This document shows, piece after piece, positions 40,893 to 52,193 of a DNA stretch of 64,000 bases; within the stretch, counting starts at the first letter, position 1; each line of letters starts with the position of its first letter. The stretch comes from Sphingomonas sp. GTDB taxonomy: Bacteria; Pseudomonadota; Alphaproteobacteria; Sphingomonadales; Sphingomonadaceae. The notes under the pieces are model-generated. The model was not told the origin of the DNA and searched no databases. It worked only from the letters and a program-made list of their open reading frames with translations. A program made the translations under genes and the position numbers. The stretch lies in contig NZ_JANMCO010000046.1 in NCBI RefSeq assembly GCF_031361285.1, positions 11,886 to 75,885 of the forward strand, read 5' to 3'.

Positions 40893-42629
40893 CTAAAATA
40901 CCGCCTTGGCGTCCCCGCCCATCATCTGCTGGCGGACCAACGGAATAGGTGGGCCGCCGTAGCTCAGGAACTGGTCGTGGAAGGCTTTCCACGCGGTGCG
41001 GCCGCCGCGGCTGGCGATCCAGTCATCGCGCAGCTTGCGGATCATCAATTTGCCCATCGTGTAATTGAGATAGGCCGGGTCATAGGTTCCGCGCGCTGCC
41101 TGCTGCTTGGCATTACCCTCATCTTGGAAGCATTGGTTGCGAAACATCTGATAGCTTTGTTCTTGAGTCATGCTGCCGGTGTGCATGCCGATGGCTGACA
41201 AAAAGCGGCAATCGCGCAGCAACGCGTTGGACAATTGCCCGATCATCGTTTCGTCAGTGCCGCCGCCGACGCCAGCAACGCGCATCATCTCTTCGCTGTA
41301 GTGCGCCCAGCCCTCGGCGAATGCGTAGCCGACAAACACCTTGCCGAAAATGAAGGGCGAGCGGTTCGAATGGAGGAAGTTGAGGAAGTGGCCGGGCCAC
41401 ACTTCATGCACCGAGGTGAACAGCAGGTCCGCCTTGCCGGGGACAAAGCCATCCTGAACCGCCTTGGGCCAAGTCGGGTCGGCCGGGGCGATATAATAAA
41501 CCGATGGCAGCCCTTTTTCGTACGGCCCAGGGATGTTGATGTAGGCGAAATTCTGCCGATTGTAGGCTGGCGCTTCCTCGACCTTGGCCTCTTCCGTCCC
41601 GGGGATCGTCACCAGATCCTTGTCGACAATGAACTGCTTGAGGCCCGTCAGCTGCACTCGCGCGGCCGCGACCGCGCCGCCTTCGGGCTTGTTCGCGTTC
41701 ATCTTTTCCATACACTGCATGATCGTCATGCCGGCTGCCCAGCGGCCACAAGCTTCGGTGAGCAGCTTCAAATTGGAATCGAGGTCGGCACGGCCAATCC
41801 GCTCAAGCTCGGCGATCGGCGTATCGACCATTTCCGTGTCGTAGAGCATCTGCTGGAACTTCGCCGCGCCCAGCGCGAAGTCATTGTTCGCTTTGGGTCG
41901 CTGCTGCTCCAACCAGTCGGCGAGCGAGTGCATTGCCGTCGCCGCGTTGGTCGATGCGGTCTTGAGCGCTTCTTGCTCTTGTCCGTTGCCGACACCGGCG
42001 AATGCCTTGAGGCCATCACCGGGGTAATAGTCCGCATATCCGCCGAACGCGCTCTTGCCATAGTCGACAAACGACATCGGCAGCGGGGTGCGCAAATTCT
42101 CGCGGATGCGCTGGGCCGCCATCGGGATCGCTTCCAGGTAACGGGTATACGCCTTCAACCGCACTTCGGGAGCGGCGTAGGGAACGACCACGTAGGTCGA
42201 GGGATCGAGGCTGCCGTTGTAATAGGCCGGGTTCTTGTGCGCCTGGTCGGCGGCATCGATGAAAAACAGCGACCCTTTCGCCTGGGCAATCAGATAGGCG
42301 CGCTCGAAGCGCTCGTTTTCGCTGAGCTTCGCGGGGTCGAACTTCTCGGCGGCAGCCACGGCGTTCGTCAGTCTCGCTACCTCGTTCTTGATGCCCGCCT
42401 CGCTCCAGTCGGGAAGCTGTCCGTCAAATTCATGCCGGCCAGCGGTCGCCGCGAATGGCGGGTTCGCCTTGAAGGTCTGCTCGATATAATCGTTCATGAA
42501 CTTTGCCCATTCGGTCGAGGCCGGGGCGGTCGACGAATCCGCTACCTGGTTCTGCGGTTGGTCGCTCATCCGGCATCCGGCGAGCGTCACAGCGGCAACG
42601 GCCGCTAGCAGCAGATATCGAGACTTCAT
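40893..42629 (-). CDS. DUF885 lipoprotein
   Basis: Lipobox LAGC; HEVWPGH, EGWAHYSE, YTMGKL. Confidence 0.9.
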   Translation of the reverse strand: MKSRYLLLAAVAAVTLAGCRMSDQPQNQVADSSTAPASTEWAKFMNDYIEQTFKANPPFAATAGRHEFDGQLPDWSEAGIKNEVARLTNAVAAAEKFDPAKLSENERFERAYLIAQAKGSLFFIDAADQAHKNPAYYNGSLDPSTYVVVPYAAPEVRLKAYTRYLEAIPMAAQRIRENLRTPLPMSFVDYGKSAFGGYADYYPGDGLKAFAGVGNGQEQEALKTASTNAATAMHSLADWLEQQRPKANNDFALGAAKFQQMLYDTEMVDTPIAELERIGRADLDSNLKLLTEACGRWAAGMTIMQCMEKMNANKPEGGAVAAARVQLTGLKQFIVDKDLVTIPGTEEAKVEEAPAYNRQNFAYINIPGPYEKGLPSVYYIAPADPTWPKAVQDGFVPGKADLLFTSVHEVWPGHFLNFLHSNRSPFIFGKVFVGYAFAEGWAHYSEEMMRVAGVGGGTDETMIGQLSNALLRDCRFLSAIGMHTGSMTQEQSYQMFRNQCFQDEGNAKQQAARGTYDPAYLNYTMGKLMIRKLRDDWIASRGGRTAWKAFHDQFLSYGGPPIPLVRQQMMGGDAKAVF

Positions 42630-42699
42630 GCCCTCTTCTCCTCCGACGCGCGTTGCCGCGCATGTTGCCGCCCAGCCGGCGCGCCATTAGGGCGCCGCT

Positions 42700-43974
42700 G
42701 TGAGCTTCATCCCCGAACCGTTCCGGATTCCGGCGTTCAGAGCCTTTTGGCTCGCCCGCCTTACGTCGACGATCGCTCAAATGGCGATGATTATCGTCAT
42801 CGGCTGGCAAGTCTATGATCTTGCGCGCGAGACGATGGACCTCAAGGCGGCGGCGTTACGTCTCGGTTTGATTGGACTGGTGCAGTTCGCCCCTCTGTTC
42901 ATCTTGACCCTGGTCACCGGCTGGACCGCTGATCGCATCGACCGCCGCTGGATCGCCCGGGCCGCGATTGCACTCGAACTCGGCTGCGCCCTCGCGCTCG
43001 GCTGGTTCGCATGGAGCGGAACGACGACCTTCGCTGCCCTCTACACGGTCGCCGCGCTGCTGGGCGTCGCCCGCGCCTTTGCGGGACCGGCATTGGGCGC
43101 GCTTGCGCCCAATCTGGTCCCGCGCAAGATCTTGCCCAACGCCATCGCCCTATCTTCGATTGCCTGGCAAAGCGGGGCCATCGCAGGGCCGGCGCTCGGC
43201 GGTTATCTGTACGGTTGGATGCCGGTCGCGCCTTACGCCGCCAGTGCGTTCTTGTTTGGCGTCGCCCTTATCGCGCTGATGGCGATCGGCCCGGTCCCGC
43301 GCGCTGAAACCATGGCGACGCGCAACCCTTGGGCGCAGATGGTGGAAGGCCTGCGTTACGTGCGCCACAACCGCCTGGTGCTCGGCGCGATCAGCCTCGA
43401 CCTGTTTGCTGTCCTGCTGGGAGGTGCGACCGCGATGTTGCCGGTGTTCGCCCGCGATGTGCTGCACGCCGGCCCAGAAGGTCTCGGACATTTGCGCGCG
43501 GCGCCGGCAGTCGGGGCCACCTTGACCGCTGCTTTCTTCGCGATGAGGCCGTTGAAAACCCACGTCGGCATCAAGATGCTGGTGGCCGTGGGCGTATTTG
43601 GCGCGGCGACTATCCTCTTCGGCGTATCCCGATCGATGCCGCTGTCGCTGGCCTGTCTGGCCTTGCTTGGCGCCGCCGACATGTTCTCGGTCTATGTTCG
43701 TCAATCGCTAATCCAGCTCTACACGCCAGATTCAATGCGCGGCCGGGTCGGTGCCGTTTCCGCGCTATTCATCTCCGCATCGAACGAGCTGGGTGAAGCC
43801 GAATCTGGCTTCCTCGGCGCCATTATCGGGCCGGTCACGGCGGTGATTGCCGGCGGCGTTGGCGCCATCCTGGTCGTCGCCGTGTGGGCATGGAAATTCC
43901 CCGAACTGCGGCTTGCAACAAGCTTCGACGCACCCGATGTACCCGCCATAAAGCCCAAGGAGATCTCGCGATGA
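42700..43974 (+). CDS. MFS transporter
   Basis: [10 protein letters not shown] motif A; about 12 TM segments. Confidence 0.92.
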   Translation: MSFIPEPFRIPAFRAFWLARLTSTIAQMAMIIVIGWQVYDLARETMDLKAAALRLGLIGLVQFAPLFILTLVTGWTADRIDRRWIARAAIALELGCALALGWFAWSGTTTFAALYTVAALLGVARAFAGPALGALAPNLVPRKILPNAIALSSIAWQSGAIAGPALGGYLYGWMPVAPYAASAFLFGVALIALMAIGPVPRAETMATRNPWAQMVEGLRYVRHNRLVLGAISLDLFAVLLGGATAMLPVFARDVLHAGPEGLGHLRAAPAVGATLTAAFFAMRPLKTHVGIKMLVAVGVFGAATILFGVSRSMPLSLACLALLGAADMFSVYVRQSLIQLYTPDSMRGRVGAVSALFISASNELGEAESGFLGAIIGPVTAVIAGGVGAILVVAVWAWKFPELRLATSFDAPDVPAIKPKEISR

Positions 43975-44897
43975 AGGCCGCTTCGATCCTCGACACCATT
44001 GGCAATACCCCGCACATTCGCGTCAATCGTCTGTTCGGCGACAAGGCCGAAGTCTGGATCAAATCGGAACGGGCGAACCCCGGCGCGTCGATCAAGGATC
44101 GCATCGCTCTGGCGATGGTCGAAGATGCCGAGCAGTCGGGAAAACTGAAAGCCGGCGGCACCATCGTCGAGCCGACGTCGGGCAACACCGGTATCGGCCT
44201 TGCCATGGTCGCGGCAGTCAAAGGCTATAAGATCATTCTGGTGATGCCCGAGAGCATGAGCATCGAGCGCCGTCGGCTAATGCTCGCCTACGGCGCCACC
44301 TTCGACCTCACACCGCGCGAAAAGGGCATGAACGGCGCGATTGCACGCGCCACCGAAATCATTGCCTCGACCGAAGGCGCGTGGATGCCCCAGCAATTCG
44401 AGAATCCGGCCAATTTGGAGGTCCACCGGCGGACTACGGCGCAGGAAATTCTCGCCGATTTTCGCGACGCTCCGTTAGATGCGCTGATCACCGGCGTCGG
44501 TACCGGCGGCCACATCACGGCCTGCGCTGAGGTACTCAAGAAGGAGTGGCCGGCCTTGAAGGTTTTCGCGGTCGAGCCAACCTTGTCGCCGGTCCTGTCC
44601 GGCGGCGCCCCCGGCCCGCACCCGATCCAGGGCATTGGCGCCGGCTTCATCCCCGCGATCATGAATGTCGACCTGCTTGACGGCATTATCCAGGTCGACC
44701 CCGCTGATGCCAAGGAAATGGCCCGCCGCTCGGCTCGCGAGGAAGGTGTGCTGGTGGGCATTTCGTCCGGCGCGACCCTCGCCGCAATCGCCCAGAAGCT
44801 ACCGGAACTTGGGGAACATCCCCGCGTCCTCGGCTTCAATTACGACACTGGCGAGCGCTATTTGTCGGTCCCTGACTTCCTGCCTGAAGAGGAATAG
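43971..44897 (+). CDS. cysK: Cysteine synthase A
   Basis: [32 protein letters not shown]. Confidence 0.95.
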   Translation: MKAASILDTIGNTPHIRVNRLFGDKAEVWIKSERANPGASIKDRIALAMVEDAEQSGKLKAGGTIVEPTSGNTGIGLAMVAAVKGYKIILVMPESMSIERRRLMLAYGATFDLTPREKGMNGAIARATEIIASTEGAWMPQQFENPANLEVHRRTTAQEILADFRDAPLDALITGVGTGGHITACAEVLKKEWPALKVFAVEPTLSPVLSGGAPGPHPIQGIGAGFIPAIMNVDLLDGIIQVDPADAKEMARRSAREEGVLVGISSGATLAAIAQKLPELGEHPRVLGFNYDTGERYLSVPDFLPEEE

Positions 44898-45002
44898 CTA
44901 ACCGGTCGCTAACCGCCTTCCTTAGCCGCGTCGTTAACGCGCGAGCGCGTAAACTCTCCACACCGGCGGCACATTCCATCGCTGCCCCGAAAGTGGAATT
45001 GA

Positions 45003-47690
45003 ATGCGCAGGACGCGTTTTGCAGGAGCCGTAGACGTTGGCGGAGAGGTGCATGCGCGCGCTTCTGTCCGCGAAGCGCTGTGGTTCGACATCCTCGCGCC
45101 GGACGTCTCTGAAGATCATTCGCTCTCGGCCTGGCGAATTGCTCCGCTTGATCACTCCGCGCTGATGCTGGGTGTCACACACTTGATCGCTACGCTGACG
45201 CTCTTTCTGCTCTATCCGGAGCGATCGCCGGTGTTTTCATTGGGCAGCCCGGTCATTCCCATGGGTTTGCTACTCGCGCTCGATGTCGTCGCCATAGTGG
45301 CGCTTCATTGCCGCCATCGCCTGGGCCTTGCCCCTCATACGGTCATCCGGGCGCTGGCTGTTTATTTGGGCGCGGCGGGCATTCTATGGATGATGGCCGG
45401 CCTGGCGATAACTGGCGAGGCCCATGACGAAGCATTGGCGATCTTGGTGATGGGCGGCGGCGTGACGATGGCCGCGATGGTGGCAGTGAATTCACCGCCA
45501 CTGGCAATTTCAAACCTGATTGTGATGACGCTTGGCGCCGTTCTCTATACCGGGTCGGCACTGGTGGGCGCAGGTGCGGCCCTGTTGTCGCTGATTGTGA
45601 CATCCTACAGCGTCGCTGGAGCGCGAACCGTTATTGCCGCCGGCCGAAAGCGCCTAGGCTTGGACGCCGAAGCGCATAAAGCACTGACCTTCGTTGCCGA
45701 ATTTGAAAACAGCGGCCGAGGATGGTTTTGGGAAACCAACTCAGAGGGCACACTTTCCTACGTCTCGCAGCAGCTAGCTGACGATTTCCAGTGTGAACCC
45801 CAGGAGCTGCTCGGTCGGCAGTTTCCCGATCTTCTGTCGGTTGACACCAGCCCGGTCGGCACGATCCGTGAAGAGCACAAGACTTTGGGTTTCCACCTCT
45901 CCGCAAGATTCCCGTTCGCTGACGTGGTCGTCCGGGCGGCCAGCGATCAGGATGTTCACTGGTCGCTGTCCGGTAACCCGGTCTTTGATGAACGCGGTCG
46001 ATTTTTGGGCTTCCGCGGTATCGGCACAGACCTCACTGAGCAGCGCCGCTCGGAGCAGGAAATCTCGCGGTTGGCCCGGTTCGATTCGCTCACCGGCCTC
46101 CCAAACCGCGCGCTGATGCGCCAGACGCTTGACGAGGCGCTGCGCAATTCTTCCCGGCGGCAGAAGGGCTGCGCGCTGTTCCTGATTGATCTCGACCGCT
46201 TCAAGAATGTCAACGACACCCTCGGCCACCCAATCGGCGATTCGCTGCTTCGCCAGGTCGCCGATCGCCTGAAGGCGGTCATGGGAGATCACGGCCAGAT
46301 CGGCCGTCTCGGCGGCGACGAATTCAAGGCGGTGCTTCCGGGGACGGTCGACATCGGCTTCCTCGAATCGCTCGCGCGGACGCTGATCGAGCAGGTCTCG
46401 CGGCCGTACACGATCGAGGGGCATCGGGTGACGATCGGCGCGTCGGTCGGCATCTCGATTGGCGACCCCGGCCGCTGCTGCGCCGACAGCCTGATCCGGA
46501 ACGCCGACCTCGCGCTCTATGCTGCCAAGGCGGCGGGGCGCGGCAAGCATTGCTTCTACGAGCCGGCGATGCACAGCGATTTGAGCGACCGGCAGGTTCT
46601 TGAAAACGACCTTCGCCAGGCGATCGAGCGCGGCGAGCTGTGGGTCGCCTACCAGCCGATCATTCGCTGCGCGGGTGAGGAGATCTGCGGATTCGAGGCG
46701 CTCGTCCGGTGGGACCATCCGGTCCGCGGCCCAATTTCTCCCGACAAATTTATCCCGCTTGCGGAAGAAAGTGGATTGATCTCCTCGATCGGCGAATGGG
46801 TGCTGAAGACGGCGCTAATGGAGGCGGTGCACTGGCCCGAACAGCTCCGCGTGGCAGTCAACCTGTCGCCGATCCAGTTCAACGATCCGGCGACCGTGGA
46901 TATGATCGCAAAGCTGCTGAAGGAAACAGGGCTTCGCTCCGAGCGGCTTGAGCTCGAAATCACCGAAGGCGTCTTCCTCGCCGAGGGCGACAGCACCGAC
47001 GAGACCTTCGCGAAGTTGAAAGGGCTCGGCGTCCGCCTGGCGCTCGACGACTTCGGCACCGGCTACAGTTCGCTGGGCTATTTGAAAAAGGCGCCGTTCG
47101 ACAAGATTAAGATCGACCAGAGCTTCGTGCGCGGCGCTGCGTCGACCACCAACCGCAACAGCGCGATCATCCGGGCGATCGTCACGTTGGCCGAAACGCT
47201 AGGCATGGATACCACCGCCGAAGGCGTCGAGACCCATGACGATCTGCATTTGATCCGAGAGCTCGGCGTCAGCCAGGTCCAAGGCTACATCTTCGGGCGT
47301 CCAGCGCCGGCGGAAGAGGCCCGCCAGCTGGCCAACTCGGTCACCGTCGAAGCCGACGGCTACCAGTGCATCCGCGAGCCGCGGCAAAGGCTGATGCGTC
47401 GGGCCATCGCCGAGATCGATGGCGAAGTTACCGAGATCCGCCTTCGCAATATCTCGTCAATGGGCGCGCTGGTGGAGTGTCCAAAACCGGTCGCGCCGGG
47501 CCTGGTGATCACAATCGATATCGTCGGTGCTGGCCCGGTTCTCGGCACGGTCCGTTGGGCACAATCGGGCAAATTCGGAGTGCAGTTCATCGACGGGTTC
47601 AACATGAGCCGTCTCGCGCCCAAAAAGGAGCGCCGGAACGAAGTCACTATGATGCGCCCGTGGTACATCGACCAGAAGGCGGCGTCCTAA
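45003..47690 (+). CDS. Membrane PAS-GGDEF-EAL protein with C-terminal PilZ domain
   Basis: TM region; WFWET (PAS); RLGGDEF; FEALVRW; DDFGTGYS; REPRQR...NISSMGA. Confidence 0.92.
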   Translation: MRRTRFAGAVDVGGEVHARASVREALWFDILAPDVSEDHSLSAWRIAPLDHSALMLGVTHLIATLTLFLLYPERSPVFSLGSPVIPMGLLLALDVVAIVALHCRHRLGLAPHTVIRALAVYLGAAGILWMMAGLAITGEAHDEALAILVMGGGVTMAAMVAVNSPPLAISNLIVMTLGAVLYTGSALVGAGAALLSLIVTSYSVAGARTVIAAGRKRLGLDAEAHKALTFVAEFENSGRGWFWETNSEGTLSYVSQQLADDFQCEPQELLGRQFPDLLSVDTSPVGTIREEHKTLGFHLSARFPFADVVVRAASDQDVHWSLSGNPVFDERGRFLGFRGIGTDLTEQRRSEQEISRLARFDSLTGLPNRALMRQTLDEALRNSSRRQKGCALFLIDLDRFKNVNDTLGHPIGDSLLRQVADRLKAVMGDHGQIGRLGGDEFKAVLPGTVDIGFLESLARTLIEQVSRPYTIEGHRVTIGASVGISIGDPGRCCADSLIRNADLALYAAKAAGRGKHCFYEPAMHSDLSDRQVLENDLRQAIERGELWVAYQPIIRCAGEEICGFEALVRWDHPVRGPISPDKFIPLAEESGLISSIGEWVLKTALMEAVHWPEQLRVAVNLSPIQFNDPATVDMIAKLLKETGLRSERLELEITEGVFLAEGDSTDETFAKLKGLGVRLALDDFGTGYSSLGYLKKAPFDKIKIDQSFVRGAASTTNRNSAIIRAIVTLAETLGMDTTAEGVETHDDLHLIRELGVSQVQGYIFGRPAPAEEARQLANSVTVEADGYQCIREPRQRLMRRAIAEIDGEVTEIRLRNISSMGALVECPKPVAPGLVITIDIVGAGPVLGTVRWAQSGKFGVQFIDGFNMSRLAPKKERRNEVTMMRPWYIDQKAAS

Positions 47691-49483
47691 AAGGCCTCCG
47701 CCGGGATGGCCATCACACTGTCAGACCCGGCTTCAAGCTTGCGCCTGAGCGACCCAGTTTCCGGCATCACGCGATCGGCGAAGAACTGGGCAGTCGCCAA
47801 CTTGGTTTCATAGAAAGCGCGATCCGGCGCGCCCGCCGCCAATGCCGTTGTGGCGGCGCGAGCCATGCGCAGCCACATCAGCCCAACCGCGACAATGCCC
47901 ATCATCGTCATGTAGGGATAGGCAGCCGCGCCGGCCTGGTTAGGGTTGGCCAGGCCATTCTCCATCAACCATTTGGTCGAGGCCTGGAGGTCACCAATCG
48001 CCCGCGTGAACTCGGCCAGGAACGGCTTCAGCGCAACGTCGGACGACGCGTCCGCGACTTCCCGCGAGAGAAGCGCGAATAAGCGCTGGATCGCCCTGCC
48101 CCCGTCCTTGCCGAGCTTGCGCCCGACCAAGTCAAGCGCCTGGACACCGTTGGTGCCCTCATAAATCTGGGCGATGCGCGCATCCCGGACGAACTGCTCG
48201 ACGCCATGTTCGCGGATGTACCCGTGACCGCCGAAGATTTGCTGGGCAAGGACGGCGCTGTCGAAGCCCTTGTCGGTCAGATAACCCTTGATCACCGGGG
48301 TCAGCAGCGAAACTAGATCGTCGGCTTCCTGCCGCTCTTCCTCGCTCGAAGCGCGGCGGGAAAGGTCAACCTGGAGCGCACCCCACAGGACCAGCGCTCG
48401 GGCTCCCTCGAGAAAAGACTTCATTTCCATCAGCATCCGGCGAACGTCGGGATGGACGATGATCGGGTCGGCTTTGGCATTCGGGTCGCGTTGCTCGGCG
48501 ACAAGGGCCCGTCCCTGCCGACGGTCGCGGGCATAGGCCAGGGCATTCTGGTAGGCGACTTCCGCCTGGGCGAGCCCCTGCAAACCAACGCCCAATCGCG
48601 CCGCGTTCATCATGATGAACATCGCCGCCAGACCCTTTTCCGGCTCCCCGACCAACCACCCTTTGGCCCCGTCATAATTCAGGACGCAGGTCGGGTTGCC
48701 GTGGATGCCCATTTTCTTCTCGATCGCGCCGCAGCTGACGGGATTGCGCTCACCCAGCGATCCGTCGTCGTTGACCAGGAACTTGGGCACCACGAACAGC
48801 GAAATGCCTTTGACGGTGTCTGGCGCACCGGCGATCTTCGCCAGCACCAGATGGATAATATTTTCGGCGATGTCGTGCTCACCCGACGAGATAAAAATCT
48901 TGGTTCCGGTGATCGCATAGCTGCCGTCGGGACTGGGATCGGCGCGGGTCTTGAGCAGTCCAAGATCGGTGCCGCAATGCGGCTCGGTCAGGTTCATCGT
49001 CCCAGTCCACTTGCCGGACACCATGTTCGGCAAATAGGTCGCTTTTTGCTCGTCGGTGCCTTTGATCAGCAAGGAGGCGATGGCTCCGGCCGTCAGTCCC
49101 TGGAACATCTCGAACGCTTGGTTGGCCGACAGCACATATTCGCTGAACGCGGTCGCAAGCACCTGCGGCAGGCCTTGTCCGCCATATTCCTCGGGCGCCG
49201 ACAAGGTTGGCCAGCCGCCTTCACAAAACTGGCGATAGGCGTCTTTGAACCCGTCTGGCACCGTTACAGATCCATCATCGTTGCGCTTGCAGCCCTGCTC
49301 GTCGCCGACCTTGTTGAGTGGCGCCAGCACCTCTGATGCGAACTTGCCGCCCTCGTCGAGGATCGCTTCGATCAGGTCTGGCGTCGCATTAGCGAAGCCC
49401 TCGAGGTTGGAATAATTGCCGACGTTCAGCACCTGGTCGAGAATGAAGCGAGTTTCGCGCACTGGCGCTGAATATACGGCCAT
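47687..49483 (-). CDS. Acyl-CoA dehydrogenase
   Basis: [42 protein letters not shown]. Confidence 0.95.
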   Translation of the reverse strand: MAVYSAPVRETRFILDQVLNVGNYSNLEGFANATPDLIEAILDEGGKFASEVLAPLNKVGDEQGCKRNDDGSVTVPDGFKDAYRQFCEGGWPTLSAPEEYGGQGLPQVLATAFSEYVLSANQAFEMFQGLTAGAIASLLIKGTDEQKATYLPNMVSGKWTGTMNLTEPHCGTDLGLLKTRADPSPDGSYAITGTKIFISSGEHDIAENIIHLVLAKIAGAPDTVKGISLFVVPKFLVNDDGSLGERNPVSCGAIEKKMGIHGNPTCVLNYDGAKGWLVGEPEKGLAAMFIMMNAARLGVGLQGLAQAEVAYQNALAYARDRRQGRALVAEQRDPNAKADPIIVHPDVRRMLMEMKSFLEGARALVLWGALQVDLSRRASSEEERQEADDLVSLLTPVIKGYLTDKGFDSAVLAQQIFGGHGYIREHGVEQFVRDARIAQIYEGTNGVQALDLVGRKLGKDGGRAIQRLFALLSREVADASSDVALKPFLAEFTRAIGDLQASTKWLMENGLANPNQAGAAAYPYMTMMGIVAVGLMWLRMARAATTALAAGAPDRAFYETKLATAQFFADRVMPETGSLRRKLEAGSDSVMAIPAEAF

Positions 49484-49875
49484 CAGATGTTGCTCCCTTG
49501 CTCGGGCGAAGTGCCAAGCGTTTTAAGAAAATCCTCGAGTTCAGTAATCGTCGTGTCGATATCATTTTTTTGGTGACGGAGCGCCGCGATCTTTTGCCGG
49601 CAGCGCTCGATCGTCACCCGGCGTTGTGTCTCGCGGTGATCGCCGACATCATACAAATCGAGCATTTCGCGGATTTCGGTGAGGCTGAACCCAACGCGTT
49701 TGCCACGCAAAATCCAGCTCAACCGCGCCCGGTCCCGGTCCGAATAATAGCGCGACGTCCCGCGCCGTTCTGGCGCGATCAGCTGTTCGTCCTCGTAAAA
49801 ACGCAGCGCGCGGGCAGTCACGCCGAACGCCTCACACAGCTCCCCGATGGCGTATTTGGCAGAGGGTGATTCCAT
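49483..49875 (-). CDS. MerR family regulator (LiuR-like)
   Basis: [22 protein letters not shown]; upstream of acyl-CoA dehydrogenase. Confidence 0.88.
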   Translation of the reverse strand: MESPSAKYAIGELCEAFGVTARALRFYEDEQLIAPERRGTSRYYSDRDRARLSWILRGKRVGFSLTEIREMLDLYDVGDHRETQRRVTIERCRQKIAALRHQKNDIDTTITELEDFLKTLGTSPEQGSNI

Positions 49876-49879
49876 GGCT

Positions 49880-49910
49880 AACCTATGCTTTACGTTTCCG
49901 TAAACGTCAA
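49880..49910 (-). promoter_or_regulatory. MerR-type promoter with a LiuR-like box
   Basis: TTGACG-19 nt-TAGGTT, with the near-palindrome TTTACGGAAACGTAAA in the spacer. Confidence 0.78.
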
Positions 49911-50015
49911 GTTTACTCCGACAGTCGCTGATTCAACTTTGCTGCTGCCAAAGGGGCGACAAGGCGTTGAATCGACACTATATGGACAGCCCAGCTTGAG
50001 GGCGAATGCGACACC

Positions 50016-51464
50016 ATGTTGACGACTAATCCGTTCGACGACGACAAGCTACGCGAAGAATGCGGGATTTTCGGCATTTGGGGTGCCGATAACGCCGCCA
50101 GCTTCGTTGCGCTCGGCCTCCACGCGCTGCAGCACCGCGGGCAAGAGGGCGCCGGCGTTACCAGCTTCGATGGCGCCCATTTTCACTCGCACCGGGCGAT
50201 GGGCCACATTGCCGGCAATTTCGATCGGGACGAAGTGATGCGGGCCCTCCCCGGCCGGACGGCGATTGGCCACGTGCGCTATTCGACCACCGGCGAGTCC
50301 GGGCTGCGCAATGTCCAGCCGCTGTTCGCGGAACTCGCAGAGGGCGGCTTCGCGGTCGCCCAGAATGGCAATCTGTCCAACGCCATGAAGCTTCGCCGCA
50401 CGCTCAACCGACGCGGCTCGATCTTCCAGTCGACCAGCGATACCGAAGTCATCATCCATCTTGTCGCGACCTCCAACCATACGACCAGCCTCGATCGCCT
50501 GACCGATGCGCTCAAGCAGGTCGAGGGCGCATATTCGCTGCTCGTACTCACCCCGGATGGACTCATCGCCTGCCGCGATCCGCTGGGCATTCGGCCTTTG
50601 GTCATGGGCAAGCTTGGCGAGGCGACGATCTTCGCCTCCGAGACCGTGGCGCTGGACGTCATTGGCGCGACCTTCCTGCGCGACGTCGAACCCGGCGAGC
50701 TGGTCCTCGTTAACGGCTCCGGCATCCGCTCATTCCGACCGTTCGCCAAAGTCGAGCCGCGTCCTTGCGTCTTCGAACATGTCTATTTCTCGCGCCCGGA
50801 CTCGGTCGCGGACGGCAAATCGGTCTACGAAGTACGCAAGAACATCGGCGCCGAATTATCCCGCGAGGCACCGGTCGAAGCGGATTACGTCGTACCCGTT
50901 CCCGATAGCGGCGTGCCGGCGGCAATCGGCTTCAGCCAGGCGTCGGGGATCCCGTTCGAACTCGGCATCATCCGTTCGCACTATGTTGGCCGCACCTTCA
51001 TCCAGCCGAGCCAGGAAGTCCGTAACCTTGGCGTCAAGCTGAAGCACAACGCCAATTCGGCGCTGGTCCACGGCAAACGGATTGTCCTGATCGACGATTC
51101 GATTGTTCGCGGCACCACCAGCGTCAAAATCGTCCAGATGATGCGCGACGCCGGCGCTCGTGAAGTGCACTTGCGAATCGCCTCGCCGCCGACCCGGCAC
51201 AGTTGCTTCTACGGCGTCGATACGCCCGAACGCGCCAAGCTGCTCGCCGCGCAAATGAGCGTCGAAGCGATGCGCGATTACATCAACGCCGACAGCCTCG
51301 CCTTCATCTCGATCGAGGGGCTGTACCGGGCGCTGGGCTCGGAGCGGAACGACCAGCAGCCGCAGCGCTGCGACGCCTGTTTCACCGGCGACTATCCGAC
51401 CAGCCTGACCGATTTCACCGAAAAAGAGAGCGCGGGCTCCCTTTCCCTGGTCGCCAGCCGCTAG
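50016..51464 (+). CDS. purF: Amidophosphoribosyltransferase
   Basis: EECGIFG, LQHRGQE, DDSIVRGTT. Confidence 0.98.
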   Translation: MLTTNPFDDDKLREECGIFGIWGADNAASFVALGLHALQHRGQEGAGVTSFDGAHFHSHRAMGHIAGNFDRDEVMRALPGRTAIGHVRYSTTGESGLRNVQPLFAELAEGGFAVAQNGNLSNAMKLRRTLNRRGSIFQSTSDTEVIIHLVATSNHTTSLDRLTDALKQVEGAYSLLVLTPDGLIACRDPLGIRPLVMGKLGEATIFASETVALDVIGATFLRDVEPGELVLVNGSGIRSFRPFAKVEPRPCVFEHVYFSRPDSVADGKSVYEVRKNIGAELSREAPVEADYVVPVPDSGVPAAIGFSQASGIPFELGIIRSHYVGRTFIQPSQEVRNLGVKLKHNANSALVHGKRIVLIDDSIVRGTTSVKIVQMMRDAGAREVHLRIASPPTRHSCFYGVDTPERAKLLAAQMSVEAMRDYINADSLAFISIEGLYRALGSERNDQQPQRCDACFTGDYPTSLTDFTEKESAGSLSLVASR

Positions 51465-51476
51465 TCACTCGATCAA

Positions 51477-52193
51477 ATGCCTAAAGCCAAGTCTCTCGAC
51501 GGCAAGCTCGCGCTCGTCACCGGAGCCAGTCGCGGCATTGGCGCGGCCACTGCCGAAGCGCTGGCGGCGGCGGGCGCCCATGTCATTCTGGTGGCCCGAA
51601 CCGCCAGCGCATTGGAAGCGGTCGACGACCGGATTCACGACGCCGGCGGCAGCGCGACCATCGCCCCGCTCGACCTCACCGACAGCGAATCGATCGGCAA
51701 ATTGGCCGCCGCCGTCGCCGAGCGCTGGCAATCGCTCGATGTCCTCATTCTCAACGCCGCAATGCTCGGCTCGCTGACTCCGGTCGAGCATATCGATGCC
51801 AAGGAATATGCCCGGGTTCTCGGCCTCAACCTGATCGCCAACCAAGCCGTAATCGCCGCTTTTGATCCGCTGCTGAAGAAGTCAGCGCGCGCCGACGTCG
51901 TCGCGCTAACTTCGTCGGTCGGCAGCGAACCGCGCGCCTTCTGGGGCGCCTACGGCTCGTCCAAGGCTGCTCTTGAGATCTTGCTCGGCGCCTATGCCGA
52001 CGAAACCCAGCACAGCGGCCGCATCCGCGTGCACATTGTCGACCCCGGCGCCACCCACACCCGCATGCGCCAGCTCGCCTTCCCGGGCGAAGAACCAGAC
52101 AGCGTCAAGCCGCCGGAAGCGGTGGCGACGGCGATCCTCCAACGCCTTCAGTCCGACGTGCCCACCGGCGAGAAATTGCGGGTCGAAGCCTAA
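51477..52193 (+). CDS. SDR oxidoreductase (YciK-like)
   Basis: TGASRGIG, WGAYGSSK, DPGATHTRMR. Confidence 0.9.
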   Translation: MPKAKSLDGKLALVTGASRGIGAATAEALAAAGAHVILVARTASALEAVDDRIHDAGGSATIAPLDLTDSESIGKLAAAVAERWQSLDVLILNAAMLGSLTPVEHIDAKEYARVLGLNLIANQAVIAAFDPLLKKSARADVVALTSSVGSEPRAFWGAYGSSKAALEILLGAYADETQHSGRIRVHIVDPGATHTRMRQLAFPGEEPDSVKPPEAVATAILQRLQSDVPTGEKLRVEA

